Origin: Ureaplasma parvum serovar 3 str. ATCC 27815
GTDB lineage: Bacteria; Bacillota_I; Bacilli_A; Mycoplasmatales; Mycoplasmoidaceae
Direction of reading: 5' to 3'
Length of the DNA stretch: 32,000 bases
Assembly (NCBI RefSeq): GCF_000019345.1
Contig: NC_010503.1
Coordinates: 240,001-272,000 of the forward strand
Shown: one piece after another, positions 1-11,479 of the stretch
Numbering within the stretch: position 1 is the first letter of the stretch
How the letters are laid out: every line of letters starts with the position of its first letter
Program-made: the position numbers and the translations under genes
Notes under the pieces: generated by a model
What the model was told of the DNA's origin: nothing
Database searches by the model: none
Seen by the model: the letters and a program-made list of their open reading frames with translations, nothing else

Positions 1-1
1 T

Positions 2-1411
2 GAGCATGGTCAAAAAATCCAACAAAAAGCTTTTGAAGAAAACATTTCTCCCAAAGCTTTGGTCGATCGTAATTCAATTATTTTTTTAAATTTATGAAAA
101 CGATTAAATATTAGTTTTTCAAAATTTATTCGTACAACGCAAATGGATCATGAAGAGTCTGTACAAAAAGTTTTTAGTTATTTATATAAACAAGGAAAAA
201 TTTATTTAGGCCAATGGACAGGTTATTATTGTGTATCATGCGAAGAAAATTATAATCCTGCTGAAATTATTAAAAGTCAAGATAATATAATGTTATGTCG
301 CATGGGTCATAAATTAGAAACTAAGTCTGAAGAATCATATTTTTATAAAATGAGTGATCAAGCACCATTTTTAAAAACTTACTATCAAAATCATCCGAAT
401 TTCATTATTCCAAATGAACGTGCAAATGAAATGGTTAATAACTTCTTAAATAATTTAGAAGATTTAAGTATTTCACGTACTACTTTTGATTGAGGGATTC
501 CTATTGCTGAAAATCCAAAACATGTAATTTATGTTTGATTAGATGCATTAATGAATTATTTAACTGCAACTGGTTATTTATCAAATAATGAGGAATTATT
601 TCAAAAATATTGATGTGATAATGAAACTGAAATTGTTCATTTATTATCAAAGGAAATTGCGCGTTTTCACTGCATTTATTGACCAATCTTTTTAAATGAT
701 TTACAAATTCGTTTTCCATCAACAATTTTATCACATGGATGAATCATTACAAAAGAAGGCAAAATGTCTAAATCATTAGGCAATGTAATTGATCCTAATG
801 TTTTAATTGATACTTATGGTGTGGATGCACTTCGTTATTATTTAATGGCTGATTTAAGTTTATTTAGAGATGCTATTTTTAGTGAAGATAATTTGATTGA
901 AACTTATAATACTCAATTAGCAAATAGTTATGGTAACATGATTTCAAGAACATTGGGAATGTTAAAAAAATATCGAAATAATATAGTTCCAAAATATGTT
1001 GGTTGTGTTTTAAAAAATGATGAAAAATTAGAAAATTTAATTAATAAAAATATTGAATTAGTTCAAGAAAACATTAATAAATATAGTATTGATAAAGCAC
1101 TTAATTGCATTCAAGAAATTTTAGTTGAAGCAAATAAATATATTGAAGATAATAAACCTTGAGAATTAGCTAAAAATCAACAAGAGCAAGAATTAGATTC
1201 ACTTTTAGTTCATTTAGTAAAAGTTATTCAAGTAACTACTACTTTATTATCACCAATTTTAATTGAAGGAAGTAAAAAAGCAGTTGAACAATTAAATTTT
1301 GATGAATCTTTTTTAACTTTAGCTAGTTTAGCATCTTATGATATATTCAACTACCATAAAGTTAATGATTCAAAACCAATTTTTGCAAGAATCATTGTAG
1401 AAAAACAATAA
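2..1411 (+). CDS. metG: methionyl-tRNA synthetase, 3' part (5' end outside window)
   Basis: Frame +2 is open from the window edge with UGA read as Trp. Contains the class I KMSKS signature (KMSKSLGNVIDPNVLIDTYGVDALRYYLM) and Met-RS-like YYCVSCEE. Stop taa at 1409-1411. Confidence 0.96.
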
Positions 1412-1498
1412 AATCTTTAATTCTTTGTAATTATTAAAATAATTAAGCTTTTTTTATATAATTTATAAGACTAACATTTAATAGTAGTTGAGGAATTA

Positions 1499-2671
1499 AT
1501 GAGGTTAAGATATAAAATCTTATGCGCTAGCTTAGGAGTGGTTGGTGTTGTTGGTGTTATTGCTGCAATATCAATTGATTATAAACAAATTCCAATTGTT
1601 TATGCAAATGGTAGTTCATCAGTATTACCCTTAATTCAGGCCTTATCTGAAAAACATCATAAACAAGATATTATTTCTAATGCTGGAGGTTCTTCGTTAG
1701 GAATAATTGAAGCTGTTGAACAAAGAACTAATATAGGCGTAAGTTCACGTAGTCCAAATATTGATTTTGAGCAACAAAGTGTTGAAAAAAGTCATGTAGT
1801 TTATGATAAGTGAAAACAAAATCAATTGAAAACTTATACAATTGCTTGAGATGGTATAGGCATTATTTATAAACTCAATAAAACTAATCATGAATTAGTT
1901 TTAACAAAAGACAATATTATTAAATTGTTTAAAGCTTTTACTGGGAATGAACAAGTAAGTTATTATGATCTTGATCCCCAATTACCAAAAACACCAATTT
2001 TAGCTTATTCACGCACAGGTGGAGCAAATGCCTCAGGGACAGCCGAGGCTTTTTTGACTTCTAATCCATTAATTTCTAAAAAAGAATTTAAAAAAAAATA
2101 TCATGATATTTATAAGGTTATTGAAGCTGGTACTTATGGCAAATTAATAAGAAGTACTGAAGAATCGAATACTCAAGCTTGAACAAATATTTCTAAAGAT
2201 AATGTAGATGGATCAATAACTTATTTATCAACAGGTTTTATTCTTAAAAATTATGATCAAATTATTGCTAAAGGATATAAGATTGCTTATTTACAAAATA
2301 AAGATTTAAAAAATTATTTACCTTTTGAAATTAATGAAAACAAACAAGAAATTGTTAATGTTGCTAAAACTTATGGATGATATCGACCTTTTAATTTAGT
2401 TTTTAGTTTAAATATGCAAGGAATTAAAAATACTAAAGAATTCGTTTGATGATTATTAACCAATAAAAAAGTTGAAAAAATCATTCAAGAATCAGGGTTT
2501 ATTCCCCTTACTTTTGAACAAAAAAATTCAATGTTCTTAAAACCTTATAAAGATGAACAATCTTTTCAAGAAGCCATTAACAATCAAAGCGCAAAAAACA
2601 ATTTTTTTGTAAGTGATTTTGAATTAATAGAATCAAATAGAATTAATATATTAGGAGCAAAATCAGCATAA
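1499..2671 (+). CDS. pstS: phosphate ABC transporter substrate-binding protein (PstS-like), N-terminal membrane anchor
   Basis: Joins ORFs 1499-1813 and 1925-2182 through TGA codons. YANGSSSVLPLIQAL and NAGGSSLGI..GVSSRSP are PBP-like phosphate-binding motifs. Directly upstream of permease and ATPase genes. Confidence 0.85.
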
Positions 2672-4866
2672 TGAGTATTTTAAATCTTAATTCGCAACAG
2701 ACTAAAAAAATCATTTTTAACAAAAAAATAAAAGATAAACTAGCTAAAACGTTAGTTATTAGTTTTGCTTGATTATTTTCTATTTGTTTTATTGGTTTAG
2801 TTGTTTTTATTATTATTCGTTCAATACCTGGCTTTGAAGCTTATGGATTAAAAAACATTTTTTGAAGCAAGAATTTTAACTTAGCTGATTATGCTGCTGG
2901 TTCATCAGTTTGATTTCCATTAGCAATTACTTTGCTTGTTTCGTTTGGTGCAATTATAATTGCTGCTCCAATTGGTATTAAAACAGCTACTTTTATTAAG
3001 TTTAGAATTAAAAACAAAAGATTACAAAAATTTTTTAGAGTCACGATTTTAGCATTAGCTGGAATTCCTTCAGTTATTTTTGGATTATTTGCTATTCAGT
3101 CTTTAGGTCCTGCAATTTCGTTTGTTTTCCACATTGATACTGTTCAAAACATTACTACGTCAATGTTTATGTTAGCGTTTATTATTATTCCGACAATTAT
3201 TTCTTTAACGCTAAGCACATATGATGGTATTGATATGCGTTTAATTGAAAATGGGATAGGAATGGGAAGTTCTTATACACGTTCAATTTATAAGATTTTT
3301 AAAAAAGAAGCTCGTGGTGGTATCATTATTGCCATTATTATTGCCTTAGGTCGTGCGATCGGCGAAACAATGGCCATTAGTATGATTTTAAGTGATCAAG
3401 GTTACCAAAACATTTTTGGTACTGGTTTTTTACAAATTATGCACTCTGCTCTTCGTCCATTAGGTGCTGTAATTTCAGCTAACATGTTCGCTGAAAATGG
3501 TGGCGAAGGTTTAAGAGGATTACTATATATTTATGGGATCGTTTTATTTGTAGCGATTATGATTTTAAATGGCCTTGTAACTTATTTAACAAGAAAACGT
3601 TCAAAGAAAACATATGCTTGATTTATTAAATTAGAAAAAAGTTTAGCTTATATAGTTTGTTTTATACCAGATCAATTAAAAATTTTATATGAGAAAATTA
3701 CGCATCGTTCCCAATATAAATTACATGTAAACAATTTGGATAACTTAAATAACTATATTACAGATCGTATTCAAAATCGAAAACTAAAACGTTTATATAC
3801 TGTTCACAAATTATTTTTTGAATCATTAGCGTTTATGGTTGCTTTTGCTTTTTTAGCTTGAATTTCACTAGATATTTTAGTTAATGGAATTAAAGCAATT
3901 AATTTACCAACATCAACAGTAGTAGCTTATACAAAAAACACAACTGGACAAGCAACAATTAATACTTTAATAATTATTATTGTTGCAATTTTAATTGGTT
4001 TACCATTTTCATTGTTTGTCGCAATTTATATTAATGAATATGCTAAAAATAAATGACCAAAAAAAGTTTTATTATTTTTTATTGATTCATTTGGATCAAC
4101 GCCTTCGATTATTTTTGGGATGTTTGGTTTAGTTATTTTTATTGAAATTTTTGGTTTTACTTCAATGGGTAATATTGGTAAATCACTATTAGCGGGTGCT
4201 TTAACAATTACTTTAGTAGTCCTTCCAACATTTACACGTTCAATTCAACAATCTTTAAAAGCAGTACCAATGAGCATTCGTGAAAATGCTTATGGATTGG
4301 GATGTTCAAAGTGAGAAACAATTGTTAAATTAGTTTTACCACAAGCAAAAAAAGGAATTATTTCTGCGATTGTATTAACAATTGGTCGAATTGTAGCTGA
4401 AACTGCACCATTGTATTTAACAGCAGGTTTATCATCAGCTCAAAGCATAACAATTTTAAATCCTGGACAAACATTAACAACACGTATTTATGCTCAATTA
4501 TATGAAAATAATACAAATATTGCTCATAATGTAATGTACGAATCTGCTTTTATTACTTTATGATTAGTTATTGCATTAATCATCATTGCTCACGTTATTG
4601 TTCCTTATTTTGAATTTATTAAACATGATATTAAAAAATGGTTTAAAATTTTAAAAAATTATCTTCGCGCACCTTACATGCGTGATATTAAAGTTTTCAA
4701 ACCACAAATTTATCAAAAACATCTTTATTTAACACATAATCAAGCCAAAATCATGGGATATAATGAATCAGTAAATAAAGTTGCTAAAATTGGTTTAAAG
4801 TTATATGAAATTCGTTATGTTGATGATGAACAAATTCAAAAAGAGTTATTAAAAGTTAGGGGATAA
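2671..4866 (+). CDS. pstA: phosphate ABC transporter permease, PstC-PstA fusion (about 731 aa)
   Basis: Single open frame in code 4 from ATG 2671 (overlapping the previous stop, taatg) to taa 4866. Two permease modules: [14 protein letters not shown] in the first half and [41 protein letters not shown] in the second. Confidence 0.9.
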
Positions 4867-4870
4867 AAAT

Positions 4871-5860
4871 ATGAATGATCAAAAAGACAATAAAGAAATT
4901 CAAACAATTGTTCCTTTAAATCAAAAAACTAATTTAAATGAATTGGATGCTAAAGCAATTTATGATGAATTTCAAAAATTAAATAAATACCAAAGAGCTT
5001 TTGCTTGACTAAAACTTCCAAAACAAAAAAAAGCTGAATTAAAGCAATTTTTAAATAAGAAAAAAACGCAAGTTGATTTGCTAAAAGAAGATTTTAATCA
5101 CGCAAATGTTTTTGAAATTCGAAACTTTAATTTTTGATATATGAATCGAACAAAACATGTTCTACATGATTTAAATTTGGATATTAAAAGAAATAAAGTA
5201 ACAGCATTTATTGGCCCAAGTGGTTGTGGTAAATCAACTTTTTTAAGAAATTTAAATCAATTAAACGATTTAATAGAAGGGACTAGTCACGAAGGTGAAA
5301 TTTATTTTTTAGGAACTAATACACGTTCAAAAAAAATATCATCATTAGAATTAAGAACACGAATCGGGATGGTTTTTCAAAAACCAACACCATTTGAAAT
5401 GAGTATTTTTGATAATGTTGCATATGGTCCACGAAATAATGGAATTAATGATCGTAAAATTTTAGAAAAAATTGTTGAAAAATCATTAAAAAGTGCAGCT
5501 TTATGAGATGAAGTTAAAGATGATTTAGATAAAGCTGGGAACGCTTTATCAGGTGGTCAGCAACAACGTTTATGTATTGCGCGAGCAATTGCTTTAGAGC
5601 CAGAAGTGTTGTTAATGGATGAACCAACAAGTGCTTTAGATCCAATTGCAACAGCTAAAATTGAAGAATTAATATTAGAATTAAAAAAGAAATATTCTAT
5701 TATTATTGTGACTCACTCAATGGCACAAGCCCAGCGAATAAGTGATGAAACTGTGTTTTTTTATCAAGGGTGAATTGAAGAAGCGGGAGAAACAAAAACT
5801 ATTTTTATCCATCCTAAAAATAAAAGAACAAAAGATTATATTTCTGGAAAGATTGGTTAA
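4871..5860 (+). CDS. pstB: phosphate ABC transporter ATP-binding protein
   Basis: Walker [10 protein letters not shown], signature [28 protein letters not shown]-loop [13 protein letters not shown]. Stop 5858-5860. Confidence 0.95.
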
Positions 5861-5883
5861 TAAAAAGAACTGGTGATATATTT

Positions 5884-6540
5884 ATGGCTACTAATTATTT
5901 TTTAATGAAAGAATCACAATGTGATTTACTAAATGATTTTAAAAACTTTTTTCAAATGGTAATTGATAATCAAAAACTAATTTGTGATTTATTAAAAAAC
6001 GATCAATCATCATATAAAGAAACATATGAAAAAGCTTGTTTTTTAGAAAAAAAAGTTAATACAACATATGCTGATATGTTAGAAGAAATTATGTGAATTA
6101 TTCAACGTGACCAACCACGTGCTAGTTATTTACGTTTTTTTATTGCAGGAATCAATTCTATTAAAGATTTAGAAAGAATTTCTGATCACTCTGAAATTAT
6201 TTGTGAATACTTTTTAGAAACTGAATTTGATGAAGAACAAAAAAATTTTTTTTTAACTAGCTTTGAGATTTCTAATCAAATTCTTTCTGATTTATATGAT
6301 TTTTTTGATAAAAATGAATTTAGTGTCAATACAATTGAACATATTAAAGATTTACGTTCTAAATCAATTATGAAAATCAATAAAAATTTAATTCAGTCCT
6401 TACATGATCAATCAAAACTATTAGATGAAAACTCAAATTATATTAAATTAATTTTAATGTATCGTCATATTGAACGAAATATTGAACATGGCATAAATAT
6501 TGTGCAGAACTTTGGTAATGTGCACATTACCAGTCGTTAA
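5884..6540 (+). CDS. phoU: PhoU-like phosphate transport regulator
   Basis: 218-aa helical protein directly after pstB. Open through a TGA at Trp; stop taa 6538-6540. Called mainly from position and helical character. Confidence 0.75.
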
Positions 6541-6552
6541 TAAATCATTAGC

Positions 6553-6580
6553 AAAAACTAGGCATTTACCTAGTTTTTTT
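6553..6580 (+). terminator. rho-independent terminator after phoU
   Basis: aaaaactagg-cattta-cctagttttttt hairpin with T tract. Confidence 0.75.
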
Positions 6581-6699
6581 ATTTATATAAAAAATAAGTC
6601 TTCCAAAAATTTTACATAAAAAGTGAAAAAAATGGAACAAATTTATATTTTTGTGTTTTAATATTAGTGTACCAATTATTTTACTTGGAGGTCTTATTT

Positions 6700-6924
6700 A
6701 TGACTTATATGCTATTAACATCTAGTGACTTACATTGCGGGTCATGTTCTTCAAATTTATATAATGTACTTGAAAAGATTGGCGCACAAAATATTAGTGT
6801 AAATATTTTAAATTCAGAATTTGCTTTTGAATTTGAAGAAAATAAAATTGCTGATCAAGATGTAATTAAAGAAATCAATAAAAATGGTTTCAAAACAAAT
6901 ATTTTAGAAAAATACATATACTAA
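6700..6924 (+). CDS. small heavy-metal-associated (HMA)/copper-chaperone-like protein, 74 aa
   Basis: SSDLHCGSCSSNLYNVLEKIG resembles the HMA CxxC loop. ggaggt SD at 6687-6692 supports ATG 6700 rather than the track start 6667. Three bp upstream of the metal ATPase gene. Confidence 0.7.
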   Translation: MTYMLLTSSDLHCGSCSSNLYNVLEKIGAQNISVNILNSEFAFEFEENKIADQDVIKEINKNGFKTNILEKYIY

Positions 6925-6927
6925 AAA

Positions 6928-9057
6928 ATGTTAAAGAATAATTTAATTAAAAAATTTCAATTACTACCTATTAATAAAAGAAGATATTTAATTTCTTTAA
7001 TGAAAACATCAATAGCACTTCTAATTAGTATTCCTTTAATGGTTTTTGAAATGCTATTTATGTTTAAAAGTAATTTAATTTTAAGCATTGATGGTTATTT
7101 TATATATGGATGAATTGTTTTTGTTTTAAGTATTTTCATTGTCTTTGGTTTAGGTTTTAGTTTTTTTAAGGGTGCTTTTTTTGAAGTTTTTAAATGAAAA
7201 AAACCTGGAATGTCTTTACTTGTTGTTATTTCAACATGTGTTGCTTTCATATATAGTACTTATAGTTTAATTTCTAACACAATTATTTATGAACCTAAAC
7301 TACATGGTTTTTTTGAAACAGCTTGCATGATTATAGCGACAATGAGTGTTGGTCAATTAGTTAGTGATCGTATTAAACTAAAAGCAAATCAAGATCTACA
7401 ATCTTTAAATAATTTACAAGTCAAAAAATATAATAGTTATGATTTGAACACAAAACAAGTTAGTGAAAAAGTTGTTTTTCAAGCTAAAATTAACGAATAC
7501 GCACTAGTTAAAAAAGGTGAAATTGTTCCATTAGATGGCGTATTATATTCACAAATTGCTGAAGTTGATGAATCATCATTAACTGGTGAAGCTCGTCCAA
7601 TTCTAAAAACAATTAATAATGATATTATTGCTGGATCAATTAATGTTGGAGATAATTTTATTTTTAAAATTACTAAACTTTATAATGATTCAACGATTAA
7701 AAAAATTATTAATGGTGTTAATCAAATTGCTAGTAGCAAGCCAAAAATTCAAGTTGTTGCTGATAAGATTTCGTTATGATTCACTCCATTTATCTTATTA
7801 ATGGCCATTCTAGCTTTTTTACTACAAGCTTTTGTACCAAGTATTCAAGAGTTACCAATTGCTTTTTTAAATCTTCATGGATCAAATAATGATTCTAATT
7901 TATATGAAAAAGCAGCATATGTAGCAGTTTCTGTTCTAGTTATATCATGTCCATGTGCATTTGGTATTGCTGTGCCTTTAGCAGTTTTAATTGGTGCAGG
8001 GCATGGTGCTAAAAGTGGGATTACATTTAACAATAGTAATATTTTTGAAAAGATTAAAAAAGTTAATGCAATTGCTTTTGATAAAACAGGGACATTAACT
8101 TATGGAAAATTACAATTAAAACAAGTTATAGGAAATGATCAATTTTTAGATTTAATTTATCAAATGGAATTAATTTCTTTACATCCACTAGCAAAATCAT
8201 TCGTAACTTATGCCATTATTAATAATATCGTCATGAGTACAAAATTAATTGATATTAAAGAAGTTGCAGGAGTGGGGATTATTGCTAAAGATGTTGATGG
8301 TAATATTTATGAATTAACATCAGAACATTATGCAAATGAAAATCAATTTGATTTTTCATTGATTAATCAAAAATCTTCTACTTCTACTAATTTATTAGCT
8401 TCAAATATTATTTTTAGTATTAACAAAAAGGTGCAATCAATTCTTGTTTTTGAAGATGAAATTCGTGCTGATGCTTATGAAACAATTAAGGTATTGCATG
8501 AAAATAATATTGAAACTTATATGATTACTGGTGATAGTTTTAATGTTGCTCAAAAAATCGCAAAGGAATTAGGAATTAAACATTTTTATGCTCAAGTTAA
8601 ACCAGAAGAAAAAGCTAACATTATTAAAAAAATTCAAAATGATCAAAAAACTGTAATGTATGTTGGCGATGGTATTAATGATTTATTAGCTTTAAAACAA
8701 GCTAATGTTTCTATATCAATTGGTGAAACTAATAAAGCAACTAATGCAGTTGCTGATATTAGTTTAATCAAACCAGATATTTTAAATATTTACAAAGTAA
8801 TTAAACTAACAAAAATTACTAAGATGTTTATTGTAAGTAGTTTACTATGAGCGTTTGGTTATAATCTAATTTTTATTCCACTAGCATTAATTGGTATTAT
8901 TCCACCATTTATTTCTGTTTTAATTATGACAACTAGTGATATTGCTGTTGTATTAAACTCATTAATTTTTAGATTATTAAAAATGCGTCTAGTTAATAAA
9001 AAGCAAATTCATAAACTTAATTTAAAAATTATCAATGAGGCTATGTTACATAAATAA
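6928..9057 (+). CDS. P1B-type heavy-metal (probably copper) translocating ATPase, 709 aa
   Basis: Four track ORF pieces join through TGA. Motifs: SLTGEA, SCPCAFGIAVP (CPC), DKTGTLT, HPLAKS, MITGD, GDGINDLLAL. Confidence 0.93.
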
Positions 9058-9091
9058 TTTTATTTATTTTTTAATTTACTAATTAAATAAA

Positions 9092-9124
9092 AAAACACTT
9101 GTTGTATATTAAACAAGTGTTTTT
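9092..9124 (+). terminator. rho-independent terminator after metal ATPase gene
   Basis: aaaacacttgtt / aacaagtgtttt stem followed by T-rich sequence. Confidence 0.7.
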
Positions 9125-9360
9125 GTTTTAATTAATTAATAAACTCATGCGAAGATGAAATAATAATGAATTTGGAGAACATTCCTTATAATAAGCGACA
9201 AATTATAAAGATAATAGGCATTTAGTTTAATAATTAATTTGCACTTCTTTTAAGAAAAGGACGAAATCTAAAAGAAACACACATTAAAATTATAAAATCT
9301 ATTAATAAAAAAACAGCTTTTCATATATCTTTTAGGTTAATGATATTTATTTCCTATAAT

Positions 9361-9400
9361 TAAAAAAACATTAGTTAATTAAATTTAACTAATGTTTTTT
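9361..9400 (-). terminator. terminator of rpsO (possibly bidirectional)
   Basis: Long stem aaaaaacattagttaa / ttaactaatgtttttt adjoining the rpsO stop. Confidence 0.75.
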
Positions 9401-9669
9401 TATCCTCTTAAGTTTAATTCTTTAATTAAAGCACGATAACGTTCAATATCAACACGTTGTAAGTATGATAATAATTTTTTACGTTGAGCTACTTTTTTGT
9501 ATAAACCACGCTTTGAAGCTTTATCTTTTTTATTTTCAATCATATGTGTTGTTAATGAATCAATTTCAGCACTTAAGATTGCTACTTGAACTTCTGTTTT
9601 TCCTGTATTTGATGCAGAACCACCAAATTTAACTGTTAAATCATGTTTTTGTTGTTTGCTTACTGCCAT
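9400..9669 (-). CDS. rpsO: 30S ribosomal protein S15
   Basis: 89 aa; TGKTEVQVAILSAEIDSLTTHM...LLSYLQRVDIERYRALIKELNLRG. Confidence 0.98.
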   Translation of the reverse strand: MAVSKQQKHDLTVKFGGSASNTGKTEVQVAILSAEIDSLTTHMIENKKDKASKRGLYKKVAQRKKLLSYLQRVDIERYRALIKELNLRG

Positions 9670-9779
9670 GATAATCTCCTTGAATTGTATATTTTTTTAA
9701 TCTATTCCTAACTTAGTTTAATTTCGAAGATTTTAAATCAAACTATGCAAGAAATCAATATCTAATAATTTTAACATAA

Positions 9780-10490
9780 TTATGCTTTTTTTGTATAATC
9801 ATCAAGTTTTAAAATTGCATTTTTAGCTGCTAAAATTTCTGCTTCTTTTCGCGTTGATGCTATTCCAATTCCATAAATTAAATCATTTCAAACTAAATGG
9901 ACTTCTTTTTTATCGCCTTCATTACGTACTAATTTATACATAATAGGTTTTTTATTAATACGTTGGGCTTGTTCTTGAAAAATCGTTTTATAATCTTTTT
10001 GATAATTAATTTGGCCTTCTCTAAAATATTTAATTAAAGTTTTTTCAAGAATTAATGAAACTTTTTTAATACCTTGATCTTGAGCTACAGCACCTATAAA
10101 TGCTTCAAAAATATCTTCATAGATTTTTTCCATACGAGCTGATTGGTCTTGTTCTAAACCAACACCAATCATTAAAAAATCAGTTAACCCTAAATCTTTA
10201 GCAGCATATGATAAAATCTCGCTTCGTACCATATTAGAACGCGCTCGAGTCATTTCACCTTCATCTAAAGAACGCATTTTTTCATTATCTTTAATTTTGT
10301 AGTTAAAAATAAAATTGCTAATTACCCATTCAACACAAGCATCACCTAAAAATTCTAAACGTTGATAGTTTTTAGTAAGTTTATGCTCGTTTGCATAAGA
10401 TTTATGTGTTAATGCTTCAAGATAAATAGATAAATTTTTTGGTTCAATTCTATTTTGTTTTAAAAAATCTAAAAATTTTTTATTGTCCAT
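9780..10490 (-). CDS. rnc: ribonuclease III, 236 aa
   Basis: RLEFLGDACVEWVISNFIF and DIFEAFIGAVAQDQG motifs. Open through the TGA at 9888-9890 into the dsRBD tail (..VWNDLIYGIGIASTRKEAEILAAKNAILKLDDYTKKA); stop tta(+) 9780-9782. Confidence 0.95.
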
Positions 10491-11475
10491 AATAATTATT
10501 TAAATCTTTTTTAATTTCATTTAAAACATCTGCTTTAATTGTTTCATACAAAATTTTTAAAGCACTCATAAATTGTTGGTAATCAGCACTACCATGGGTT
10601 TTAACTAAAATGCCATCTAATCCTAAAACAAAAGCTCCAGCATGTTCTTTATAATCAAATGCTTTTTTTATTTTTTTAAAAATTGGTTTTGACAATAAAG
10701 CAGCAAAAAGATTTTTTGGTTTTTTATATTCATTTTTTAAAAAATTAGAAATTGTTTTACCAACACCTTCCATTGTTTTTAAAGCAATGTTTCCACTAAA
10801 ACCATCAGCAACTAAAACATCAACTTCTCGTTCTAAAATTGTTTTTGGTTCTACAAAACCCACATAATTTAAGTTTGATGTTTTTAATAATTCATTAGCT
10901 TCTTGATGATATGGTAAACCTTTATGATCTTCAGTACCAATATTTAAAACGCCAACACGAGGATTTGGAGTACGCATTTTAGCAATTGTATTAGCCATGA
11001 TTGCAAAATTAAATAGATCTGTACCATCAACATCAATTGATGCACCCACATCTAATAAATTTGTAACACCACCATCAATTGTTGGAACAAAAGGCATAAA
11101 AGCAGGTTTCTTAATATGTTCTAATAATCCGATTGTAGCATAAGCATTATAAACAAAAACAGCAGAATTTCCAGCTGTTAACATTCCATCAGCTTGCTTA
11201 TCTTTTAAATATCTTAAAGCTAAATGCATTGATGAATTTTGTTTTTTACGAGCTGATAAGATAGTATCATTTTGTTCAATGCTTACTTCAGTATGTACAA
11301 TAGGGAATAAACGTCAATCATTATCTAATAATGGCTTAATTAATTGTTCATTTCCTACTAAGATAATTTCTAAATCATCTTCATGTTGATAATAAAAATC
11401 TTTAGCTGCTTTAATTACATGTTCTAAATCATTTTCATAACCCATTGTATCTAATAAAATTTTAATTTTTTCCAT
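10480..11475 (-). CDS. plsX: phosphate acyltransferase PlsX, 331 aa
   Basis: N-terminus MEKIKILLDTMGYENDLEHVIKAA recovered by reading TGA as Trp. GTEDHKGLPYHQEANELL, ADGFSGNIALKTMEG motifs. Overlaps rnc. Confidence 0.93.
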
Positions 11476-11479
11476 AATA

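Noticed and set aside
501-734. 77-aa minus-strand ORF
   Set aside because: Lies antisense inside metG, AT-rich chance ORF with no motif.
1428-1456. AT-only palindrome taattattaaaataatta plus T run after metG as a terminator
   Set aside because: Loop too short and no GC pairs; too weak to list as a feature.
6246-6254. T9 run preceded by A-rich sequence inside phoU as a possible frameshift switch
   Set aside because: The frame is intact and such runs are expected at this base composition; no signal or evidence of recoding.
7619-7801. 60-aa plus-strand ORF in another frame
   Set aside because: Entirely inside the metal ATPase gene and out of frame.
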